The notes beneath the pieces were generated by a model. That model did no database searches. It had not been told where the DNA came from and saw nothing but the letters and a program-made list of their open reading frames with translations. From the IMG/VR virus record IMGVR_UViG_3300049844_000087, positions 1 through 64,000 of that record: DNA of 64,000 nucleotides; one strand, given 5' to 3'. Positions 39,591 through 46,639 of this stretch are shown here, one piece after another; the stretch's first letter is position 1; every line of letters starts with the position of its first letter. The stretch is from a virus (lineage: Duplodnaviria > Caudoviricetes). Both the position numbers and the translations under genes were made by a program.

Positions 39591-39989
39591 TTATGGACGC
39601 ATTACAATTACTTGAACACCTGCGTCAGAAGTTCTCAATTTAAGAGACTTCATTTCTGAACTTGCAATTCCAGTAAAGATCATCAATGTAGAATTAGGGG
39701 CAATTGCCATTCCAGTAGTTATATCAACGGTAGCTGGAACAGCATCATGATCTGTTACCGAAACATATTGCCAACTAGCAGTGGTATTTGCGATTCGTAC
39801 TGATCCTCGCTCTGGGACATTTGCTCCGGCAACAGCGGTGTGTTCAGCCGAAGGTACAATTCGCTCTACAGCGTGAATATCTCCATTCGCTGATCTACTT
39901 GTTCCTGAAGCATCATTGTGTTGATCATTTGCGATTGAAGAAGGGTTTCTAGAAGTCTTCTTCAAATTTAGGTTTTGATTGCTACTCAT
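39591..39989 (-). CDS. Putative head decoration protein
   Basis: 132 aa, C-terminal beta domain. Confidence 0.45.
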   Translation of the reverse strand: MSSNQNLNLKKTSRNPSSIANDQHNDASGTSRSANGDIHAVERIVPSAEHTAVAGANVPERGSVRIANTTASWQYVSVTDHDAVPATVDITTGMAIAPNSTLMIFTGIASSEMKSLKLRTSDAGVQVIVMRP

Positions 39990-40284
39990 TTTCTTCCTCT
40001 TCGTTTAGATCGGCTTCAACTGAAGAAGCTCTTTTCTTAATCAAACTTCTATTCACTTTCTCAATTTCATTTCTAAAAAAGAAAAGTAAATCTCTGTATC
40101 GTTTGTAATCTGATCGCATAAAGTCTAGTTGAAGATCCCTACCCTGCCCTAGAGAATCTTGAAAAACAAATAATACTGTAGGCTTGTCATGCTTACCTAC
40201 TGTAACTTCTGTCCTTAAAAATTTCAATCCATTCATTTCTAAAAATGGACATAGTGCAAGATTATCAGTCTTAAACTCTTTCAT
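39982..40284 (-). CDS. DUF5659-like protein
   Basis: FKTDNLALCPFL...G.KF...V.FVF pattern. Confidence 0.45.
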   Translation of the reverse strand: MKEFKTDNLALCPFLEMNGLKFLRTEVTVGKHDKPTVLFVFQDSLGQGRDLQLDFMRSDYKRYRDLLFFFRNEIEKVNRSLIKKRASSVEADLNEEEENE

Positions 40285-40330
40285 AGATTACAGACTATCT
40301 CAAGTTTAGCATAAAGGCAAGCCACTATTC

Positions 40331-40362
40331 AAAAAAAGGCCCCTGGCAGAACGCCAGAGGCC
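40331..40362 (-). terminator. Intrinsic terminator ending candidate sRNA
   Basis: GGCCTCTGGC-GTTCT-GCCAGGGGCC followed by T7. Confidence 0.9.
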
Positions 40363-40419
40363 AAGGAGGAGGAAGTAACTGAGGAGGGGATCTTTCAGTT
40401 ACAAGACCCTTGCGGTCCT
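40331..40419 (-). ncRNA. Candidate small RNA with two anti-Shine-Dalgarno tracts
   Basis: Own promoter, two hairpins, CCCCTCC loop, TTCCTCCTCCTT linker, own terminator; no ORF. Confidence 0.6.
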
Positions 40420-40425
40420 ATACTA

Positions 40426-40453
40426 AATATAACACTTTTCGTCTACTTTTCAA
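40426..40453 (-). promoter_or_regulatory. Sigma70-type promoter for candidate sRNA
   Basis: TTGAAA-16 nt-TATATT with TG extension; predicted +1 at A40419. Confidence 0.65.
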
Positions 40454-40459
40454 GCCCAG

Positions 40460-40492
40460 AAAAAGAAAAGGGCCGATCCTAAGACCAGCCCT
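40460..40492 (-). terminator. Intrinsic terminator after major capsid gene
   Basis: AGGGCTGGTC-TTAG-GATCGGCCCT followed by TTTCTTTTT; same TTAG loop as the tube terminator. Confidence 0.85.
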
Positions 40493-40521
40493 CTATTTGA
40501 GATTTAATTTCTCAGTTTGGA

Positions 40522-41982
40522 TTAAGCAGCTCGACCGATATTCTCAATCAAGAAGTTCTTGCGAGGAGCGTAAACAATCGGAGTTCCGTACAAGAGTTGC
40601 ATCCAGCGATAAGCAGTAGCAACAACTGCAAGGTCCATCTTCATCAGAGGAGCCAATTGTTTGAAGCGGAGAACCTCTGCATCCTTAGTCAACAGGTAAG
40701 CCTGTGAAAGACCAGGAAGCTTGTGGTTCAGGTCTCGCATAGTAGCGTTACCACCAACAGCCGCAGGAGCAATGTATCCAATGAACTCATGTCCAGTAGA
40801 AGCACCAAGCGGTGAGCGATAAACTGCATAAGCGATTGCACCAGCAACACCTACGATAGAAACTTCTACTCGCTGACCAGCAGCTACAGCTTGAGCCGCA
40901 GAAACAGGAGAGATAGGTCCTTCGCCGGATTCAGTGATGGCAGAAGCACGGTAAGTGTAGTTACCAGCATCAGCAGCAGTGAACTTTGAAAGAGCGTCCG
41001 CAGCAACAGCCAAAGTAGGAGCAGCAGGAGCAGCAATTCCAGCCAAAGGAGCAGCAGGAGTGCGCTTAGGTCGCATGAACACTGAACTCATGAGTTGGAA
41101 CTCACCAGCAGCAGCTACGAACGACTGAAGAACGAAACCAGCTTTACCTTGAGCGATACCCATTGGGTTAACACGCTCTTTAGGGAAGAACTGACGGCCA
41201 AGGTCAGAGTGAGCCTTAGTGTCCATCAACATGATTGAAGGAATACCGAAGTTTTCACCGACAACACGAGCAGCATCTTCAAGCAAGTCGCTATCCAAAA
41301 CATCACCACGGATGTCACGGATTACGTCTTCTTCAACACCGTAACCAGTGAAAGCCTTTGCTTTAGCAGACGCATCAGTGTTACCTTTGCGGATTTGCTT
41401 ATCAAGACCTTCCCAAGCAGTGTCATCATCAAGGATCGCAGCGTCCGAACCATCATGAACACCAGACGCAGAAGCGTAGTGACCACGACCGTCAACCAAT
41501 GCTCGCTCGACGATTTCGAGGATTCGCATAGTTCCGTTTCGGATTTCACGAGCGATTGCGTCGCCGTGAGCGTTACGAACCAACGTGTAAACGTGAGTCA
41601 ACTCACGAGTAACGCCGATGAAACGTACTCTTTGGATTTGACGAGTGTAGCTCGAATCCTCAGAGCGGGGAAGAGCGCCTTCCTTAATGAAGCCACGGCC
41701 TTGATCACCGTATGCGTCAGTTCGGTTGTACTCTTCGATTGTGTTGAACGCCTGATCTTTGTCGATCATAGGCCACAACTTCAGGTGTTTCATTTCATAG
41801 GTAACAGACTTCAAAGACGAATCAAGAGATTCAACTTGTAGTGCTCCGCCACCAGTTAGAGAAGAGGGGGCACCTGCGTAACCTGCACCTGCTTCCAAGG
41901 CTTTATTCAGTTCACCAACTTCCATTGCAGTGGTAGCACCGAATCCTTCGCCAAAATTTACGAAGTTATAATTTTGAGACAT
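40522..41982 (-). CDS. Major capsid protein (SPO1/Twort-like)
   Basis: 486 aa; GALQVESLD, TIEEY...YG..G..F..EG, R....VRFIG.T motifs; strong AAGGAG RBS and terminator. Confidence 0.9.
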   Translation of the reverse strand: MSQNYNFVNFGEGFGATTAMEVGELNKALEAGAGYAGAPSSLTGGGALQVESLDSSLKSVTYEMKHLKLWPMIDKDQAFNTIEEYNRTDAYGDQGRGFIKEGALPRSEDSSYTRQIQRVRFIGVTRELTHVYTLVRNAHGDAIAREIRNGTMRILEIVERALVDGRGHYASASGVHDGSDAAILDDDTAWEGLDKQIRKGNTDASAKAKAFTGYGVEEDVIRDIRGDVLDSDLLEDAARVVGENFGIPSIMLMDTKAHSDLGRQFFPKERVNPMGIAQGKAGFVLQSFVAAAGEFQLMSSVFMRPKRTPAAPLAGIAAPAAPTLAVAADALSKFTAADAGNYTYRASAITESGEGPISPVSAAQAVAAGQRVEVSIVGVAGAIAYAVYRSPLGASTGHEFIGYIAPAAVGGNATMRDLNHKLPGLSQAYLLTKDAEVLRFKQLAPLMKMDLAVVATAYRWMQLLYGTPIVYAPRKNFLIENIGRAA

Positions 41983-42005
41983 AGTTTCTCCTTAATAAGA
42001 ACTAT

Positions 42006-42923
42006 TTAGTTTGAAAAACGTTTTTTAGTTTCTTCCATTACAAGAGCTTTTACTTGAGGGTTACTTAAATTCTTAGTAGCCTCAAATTCAGCAATGTGTC
42101 GGCTGTTGATGCCTTTACCAGCTTTCTGAAGTTCCAACATAGTGTCTAGGACTTGAGATTTTGAAATAGTGACTTCGCTAGAACCACTCTTCTCGATTGT
42201 CTCAAGGCTATCAACTGATTGCCGACCATGAGCAGGTTGTGTAGAGAGTTTCTTGACTTCTACACTCAACGATTTGATCATATCATCCTTTTCGGACAAT
42301 TTTTGTTCAAAAGATTTTTTGATGTCTTCAAGTTGAGCACCTACTGCTTGAGCAACAGATTTTGCGATGTCAACAGAACTCTCTTGTTCTTCTGATTCAT
42401 CGTTCTCTTCTCTCCAAGCTTTGATTAACTCAAGCTCTTCAGCATCTACTCCAGCAGCAGCAAGTTCTTCGATAGATTTTTTCATCTTCTTGTTCTTGTG
42501 CATTTCTTTTTCGTGCTCATCAACTTCTTTGTCTGCTTCTTTATCAGCAATTTTCTTTGCTTCTTCTTTAGAAACAGCCTTTTTCAAGTCAGCTTCAGAC
42601 TGCGCAGACTTTTCAGATTTTTCATCATCCTCGTCTTCATCGTCTTCTTCTTTCTCTTTTTTAGCTTTGGCTTTTTTAGCAGCTTCAGCTTTTTGCTCTT
42701 CGCTCATAGGAGCGCCAGACTTAATTTTGTCTTCGCCACCATTAGCTTGCTTATTTTCGTCTTTTGACTCTTCAGACTTAGCAACGGTTTCAGTCGAAGC
42801 GGGTTTCTCAGAAACAACCTCTTCATCTTTCCCCATAGTCTCGTCGATGATTGCATCGAGCGACTTCAGAATTTCTTCTTCAGTCATTTTTTTCTTAGCT
42901 TCAGACATCTTTTTCTCCTTCAA
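42006..42923 (-). CDS. Capsid scaffolding protein
   Basis: 305 aa, highly charged E/K coiled coil between protease and capsid genes. Confidence 0.75.
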   Translation of the reverse strand: MKEKKMSEAKKKMTEEEILKSLDAIIDETMGKDEEVVSEKPASTETVAKSEESKDENKQANGGEDKIKSGAPMSEEQKAEAAKKAKAKKEKEEDDEDEDDEKSEKSAQSEADLKKAVSKEEAKKIADKEADKEVDEHEKEMHKNKKMKKSIEELAAAGVDAEELELIKAWREENDESEEQESSVDIAKSVAQAVGAQLEDIKKSFEQKLSEKDDMIKSLSVEVKKLSTQPAHGRQSVDSLETIEKSGSSEVTISKSQVLDTMLELQKAGKGINSRHIAEFEATKNLSNPQVKALVMEETKKRFSN

Positions 42924-43752
42924 TGCTCTTGAGCTTTGATGCGATCACCTTGAGCAAATCACGAGGATCTTCTTCAGGGTGCAGTTCGCACATGCGCTGC
43001 AAGATTGATTTTAACATTCGTTTTTGACTTTTTTTGTCTTTTTTGTTCATACGTTTGAGCTTAGACTCTAAAGACTCTTTAGAAAGTGCCTCTCCGCCTG
43101 TTCGCATAGCAGGAGCCAAAGCGGGGCCAGCACCAGCAGCTAGAGCTTTTGCAACTCCAACTTCAATAGCTTTTTCAAGTTCTGTTCTTTCCATAGTCAG
43201 ATAAGCTGGCTCTGGAATCTCTTCCATATTGCCAGAAGCTAGTGATTTAGATAGATCAGCATAGGTGTATGGGTTGACAGGGTCTAACGTCAACGCAACC
43301 TTATCAATTCGAGCATTTCTGATCACTGATTTATTAACAGTATCTCGCTGAAGAATCTTACCTTCGATACTCATGTGAACACGAGGCGCACTGCCTTTCT
43401 TCACTGATTTCATGATGTTATAGAATGCTTGCGCACGAGGTTGATGCTTAAAAAGATAACCTTTAACCATCAAAACTTTCTTACCATCTGACTTCACAAA
43501 TTCAGCATCTTCAATTTGACCAATGACGTTTTCTGGTCCTTTCTGATGATCGACATTAAACAATCCACGTCCGGCCTTTAAAGGAGATATATCCAGACCA
43601 TTTTGGTCAACTACTTCACCTTGAAGATCCTGATCTGGAGTCGAAGCGATACCCTTGACGATCCAAGTATCTTCGCCATCAGCGTCTTTTGATTTTTCAA
43701 GTTCCACAGGAACGTGGATTTGAAATGATTTTACGAGTTTTTCATCAGACAC
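42901..43752 (-). CDS. Prohead protease
   Basis: GIAST..QDLQGEVVDQNG, NVDHQ (His), HMSIEG (Ser), VALTLDPVN. Confidence 0.85.
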   Translation of the reverse strand: MSDEKLVKSFQIHVPVELEKSKDADGEDTWIVKGIASTPDQDLQGEVVDQNGLDISPLKAGRGLFNVDHQKGPENVIGQIEDAEFVKSDGKKVLMVKGYLFKHQPRAQAFYNIMKSVKKGSAPRVHMSIEGKILQRDTVNKSVIRNARIDKVALTLDPVNPYTYADLSKSLASGNMEEIPEPAYLTMERTELEKAIEVGVAKALAAGAGPALAPAMRTGGEALSKESLESKLKRMNKKDKKSQKRMLKSILQRMCELHPEEDPRDLLKVIASKLKSIEGEKDV

Positions 43753-43798
43753 GATTAATTCCTAGAATCCTGACTATGCAGGTTCAGCATTTAGATTA

Positions 43799-44053
43799 TC
43801 ACAAGCCCTTGAGCTTTTTTACTTTCTCAAGGTCTGCCATCTTTCGCTGGACCTTTGCCAAGGCTTTTTTCTCGATTGCGGTGACTGCTGCGATTGACAT
43901 TCCCAGTAACTTACCAATTTCGTTCAATGTGTGAGGTCGTGCATTATGACGCATGTATGTAAAAAAGCAATTATAGAACGCAGGAGCGTTTACACGCCAT
44001 TCCTCTGGGTTCTCATTGCACTTACAATTGTCACGGTGTACGATCTTACTCAT
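43799..44053 (-). CDS. Sigma70 region-4-like HTH regulator
   Basis: PHTLNEIGKLLGMSIAAVTAIEKKALAKV matches the region 4.2 HTH pattern. Confidence 0.7.
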   Translation of the reverse strand: MSKIVHRDNCKCNENPEEWRVNAPAFYNCFFTYMRHNARPHTLNEIGKLLGMSIAAVTAIEKKALAKVQRKMADLEKVKKLKGL

Positions 44054-44068
44054 GTCTCAAAGTTAGAC
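44054..44068. promoter_or_regulatory. Palindromic operator-like site GTCTCA-N3-TGAGAC
   Basis: GTCTCAAAGTTAGAC overlapping the -10 of the HTH gene; five more copies at 63250-63755. Confidence 0.55.
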
Positions 44069-44088
44069 GAGTAATGCTAAGTTGTCAA
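44060..44088 (-). promoter_or_regulatory. Sigma70 promoter of HTH gene (leaderless)
   Basis: TTGACA-17 nt-TAACTT; +1 falls on the ATG at 44053. Confidence 0.7.
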
Positions 44089-44102
44089 GTTCACTCATGT
44101 TT

Positions 44103-44117
44103 TAACGCACTGCGTCA
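44103..44117. promoter_or_regulatory. Palindromic operator-like site TGACGCA-N-TGCGTCA
   Basis: TAACGCACTGCGTCA; copies at 62837, 62959, 63097. Confidence 0.55.
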
Positions 44118-44139
44118 ACCTGTAATTGTTATATCGGAC

Positions 44140-44169
44140 TTGACAGTCGTTTAAAAAATCCTTTACTTT
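44140..44169 (+). promoter_or_regulatory. Rightward sigma70-type promoter
   Basis: TTGACA-18 nt-TACTTT, divergent from the HTH promoter. Confidence 0.5.
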
Positions 44170-44205
44170 GAGGGGTAGGGGAGTCTTATTCACCTATTGC
44201 TACTA

Positions 44206-44263
44206 AATACTCAGAACTTAAATAATACTCTGAATGTATAAGATCAGAGTATTAATACTCTGT
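44206..44263. repeat. Four-copy 10-bp repeat AATACTCTGA (direct, direct, inverted, direct)
   Basis: Copies at 44206, 44224, 44244 (inverted) and 44254; includes perfect palindrome CAGAGTATTAATACTCTG at 44245-44262. Confidence 0.8.
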
Positions 44264-44396
44264 TATCCATTTTCGCAGGAATTCGACATATTTCAAATTC
44301 CTAGCACCCAAAGGTTTGTTCCGCCGCTCGGCCATGTAAAATTTACCTATTTTATTTTTCTATTGACTAAAAACGAGAATCCGCAGAAGATAAGTT

Positions 44397-44571
44397 TGTG
44401 TGGCAGCGGAAGTTTAGCAGGATTCGGTTTGTTACCGAGGAGCGAGCCGCCCTGACCAGAAAGCTCGTAAAACCGCCTGTCTGCTAGTTCAGCAGGTTGA
44501 GTGAGTACACCTGATAGGGTTCGCTTAGGGTGTAAAAGCGGCAAGTCGGAGTATGCGTCCGACCCACACAC
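44397..44571 (+). ncRNA. Candidate structured RNA closed by a tRNA-like acceptor/T-arm
   Basis: TGTGTGG/CCACACA terminal stem stacked on GTCGGA-7 nt-TCCGAC, five internal helices; strand inferred. Confidence 0.45.
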
Positions 44572-44591
44572 TTTAGTTTGTTTTAAAATTA

Positions 44592-44669
44592 TGCGGGATG
44601 GACTGGAAGTAGTGCCAGCTTAGGCTCATAACCTAAACGATGTGAGTGCAAGTCTCACTCCCGCAACCA
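44592..44669 (+). tRNA. tRNA with CAT anticodon (Met/fMet-like, atypical D and T loops)
   Basis: TGCGGGA/TCCCGCA acceptor, A73-CCA, TTAGG-CTCATAA-CCTAA anticodon arm, GTGAG-TGCAAGT-CTCAC T arm. Confidence 0.85.
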
Positions 44670-44738
44670 GTCCACAACAGCCAGTGTTGGTCCGAGCTGG
44701 AGGAAGAGTGGGTTTCGGACCCCATTTTGAGGAGAGGT

Positions 44739-45653
44739 ATGGGAGCGGGATTTAAAGTTAGATCGAATAAACAGAAGCCCAAAGTCAAAGGGCAGTTTAG
44801 AGTTTGGGCAGATGGATCTATTTCTGCACAAAAAACTCCAATAGATAGTTTTAATTTTGTAATGCACTACGGTGCTCCTGCCGTATGGGAAGGAATTAGA
44901 AGTTATCGCAAAGCCGATGGGACAACGCACATTTGGCTTTTAAAGCAGCACATCGTTAGACTTTTCAATTCAGCAAAAATTCTTAATATCGAAATTCCTT
45001 ATTCAGTTGAACAGTTAGTCGAAGCTTGTAACGAAGTTGTAGAAGCTGCTGGTGGCGGAGATTTATATTTACGTCCGATTGCTTATGCCACACAAGACGC
45101 AGAATCCGTTCGTGCGCAGACAACGAGAATAGCTGTAGATATTTACTGTTTTCCAATTAATCCGCCTAACAGAGAAGCTGGAATAAAAGCAAGAATTTCA
45201 TCCACTCCTCGTGGGTATCCGAATTATCACATGCAAGCAAAAACTACTGCAAACTACGCTGTGCTACACAATTGTAAAAATGAGTTTCAAGGTGTAGACG
45301 AAGTTTTGTTTTGTGACAACGAGGGGTATGTGGTAGAAGCTTCGGTAGCAAATCTTTTCATAGTGAAACAAGGCGTAGTGTTTACGCCTCCACAAACAGG
45401 CTCGATTCTTTCTGGACTAACTCGACAATGGGTTGCACAAAAACTGGCCGAATTAAATATCCCAGTTATAGAACGACGATTAACTAGACCAGACGTTTTT
45501 ACAGCAGATGAAGTTTTTATTACTGGAACGTATGTTGAAACGGCTGGATTGATTGAAGTAGACGGTAGGGTAATAGGTTCGGGTGAACCTGGACAGATTT
45601 CACGAATGATTCGTTTTGAACTTTCAAAAGCAACAAGAGGAATTGAACGATGA
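44739..45653 (+). CDS. ilvE: Branched-chain amino-acid aminotransferase (PLP class IV)
   Basis: MHYG..VWEGIRSY, DLYLRP, AKTTANY (PLP Lys), EGYVVEASVANLF, ILSGLTR, EVFITGT; start moved to the ATG after GAGGAGAGGT. Confidence 0.9.
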   Translation: MGAGFKVRSNKQKPKVKGQFRVWADGSISAQKTPIDSFNFVMHYGAPAVWEGIRSYRKADGTTHIWLLKQHIVRLFNSAKILNIEIPYSVEQLVEACNEVVEAAGGGDLYLRPIAYATQDAESVRAQTTRIAVDIYCFPINPPNREAGIKARISSTPRGYPNYHMQAKTTANYAVLHNCKNEFQGVDEVLFCDNEGYVVEASVANLFIVKQGVVFTPPQTGSILSGLTRQWVAQKLAELNIPVIERRLTRPDVFTADEVFITGTYVETAGLIEVDGRVIGSGEPGQISRMIRFELSKATRGIER

Positions 45654-45931
45654 TAAATATTGAACTTGTGGATACAAACGAACAACCAAACTTAAAGACT
45701 ATCGCTTTGCGAGAATCTAACTTGTGGATGGAGCCGACGACCGTAAAAAGTGATATGGACTTTTGGGTTAAGCGGTTTAAAAGCGAAAAGATTCCATTCG
45801 TGCTAGTCAAATATGACACCGAATTGATGAATGAACGAAAAGAAAAAATGTATCGAAGAGTTTATGGATTATTTATTGATATGAAATCTTGGGAGAAGCA
45901 ACATGATGAATGTAAAACCAATAAGTCTTGA
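45650..45931 (+). CDS. Hypothetical protein
   Basis: 93 aa, ATGA overlap. Confidence 0.6.
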   Translation: MINIELVDTNEQPNLKTIALRESNLWMEPTTVKSDMDFWVKRFKSEKIPFVLVKYDTELMNERKEKMYRRVYGLFIDMKSWEKQHDECKTNKS

Positions 45932-46439
45932 AAGTAAAGAAACTTGGAAAACTAAGCTCACTGAGCTTTTTTGGCCAGTTGTGAGATTTTACAGAAAGGT
46001 AGCTAGGTCTTTGGCTTTTGCTAGAATCGGATGGAATAACTACGATTGGGATCATGCCTATCTTTTAAAACTCATGATTTTTAAAATGAAGCGTATGCAA
46101 AAGGCGTGCTTTGAGGAAGGGCATCATATTCCAGAAAAATTGCCACAGCAAAGTCTCAGGTTGTGTATAAAACTTGGAGAGAAGCTTCTAGAAGATGATT
46201 ACTTCTATTTCACAGGTTTGCATAACGAGAAGTGGGGTGACATTGAATTCATCGAGAAAGTGGACCAAGAAGGTCGCAAATACACTGGAATGGGAAGACC
46301 AGGAGTACCGCCGGAAAAAGAAGCAGAAGAACGAGCAGAGTTTGTGGAAGCATATAAAAAAGACGATTCAGTTAAAGCTCGGGACACTCGTTGGTTTTTT
46401 GGGATTATGGCGAAGTATCAAGAGTCATGGTGGGATTAA
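45903..46439 (+). CDS. Hypothetical protein
   Basis: 178 aa, Trp-rich (WNNYDWDHAYLL), GGGAG RBS. Confidence 0.65.
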   Translation: MMNVKPISLESKETWKTKLTELFWPVVRFYRKVARSLAFARIGWNNYDWDHAYLLKLMIFKMKRMQKACFEEGHHIPEKLPQQSLRLCIKLGEKLLEDDYFYFTGLHNEKWGDIEFIEKVDQEGRKYTGMGRPGVPPEKEAEERAEFVEAYKKDDSVKARDTRWFFGIMAKYQESWWD

Positions 46440-46449
46440 GGAGAAAAAT

Positions 46450-46638
46450 ATGAAGCAAAGAATTAAGAAATCAGAATTTGTTGGAAAGTGTATGGACCTT
46501 GCGGAGAAGCTTACTCGCAAAGAACATAACTTGCGAGAAGAATCACATCTAAGTCATCAGCACTGGTTGTTTAGAAATGGAGCTATGGCTATGGCGGTTG
46601 AATTGCTAAAAGAGCAATATGAAGTTGTAGAGGACTAA
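46450..46638 (+). CDS. Hypothetical protein
   Basis: 62 aa from the ATG after AAGGAG. Confidence 0.6.
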   Translation: MKQRIKKSEFVGKCMDLAEKLTRKEHNLREESHLSHQHWLFRNGAMAMAVELLKEQYEVVED

Positions 46639-46639
46639 A

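Noticed and set aside
3111-43934. Numerous plus-strand ORFs opposite the structural genes (e.g. 12178..12576, 41395..41841, 42367..42939)
   Set aside because: Antisense shadows of well-supported genes, with Ser/Phe/Leu-rich mirror composition
44206-44263. Mini-CRISPR array
   Set aside because: Repeats are 10 bp, with mixed orientation and 0-10 nt spacing; no cas genes
44234-44571. ORFs 44234..44455 (+) and 44347..44571 (-)
   Set aside because: No RBS or recognisable protein features; the region is better explained by repeats and RNA structure
44670-44738. tRNA 3' trailer as a theta/HDV-like ribozyme
   Set aside because: Pairings exist (GGTCCGA/TCGGACC, CAACA/TGTTG), but I could not build P3/L3 or a J4/2 catalytic C in HDV order
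44646-44738. Longer N-terminus of the aminotransferase given by the ORF track
   Set aside because: Overlaps the tRNA T arm; the strong RBS precedes the ATG at 44739
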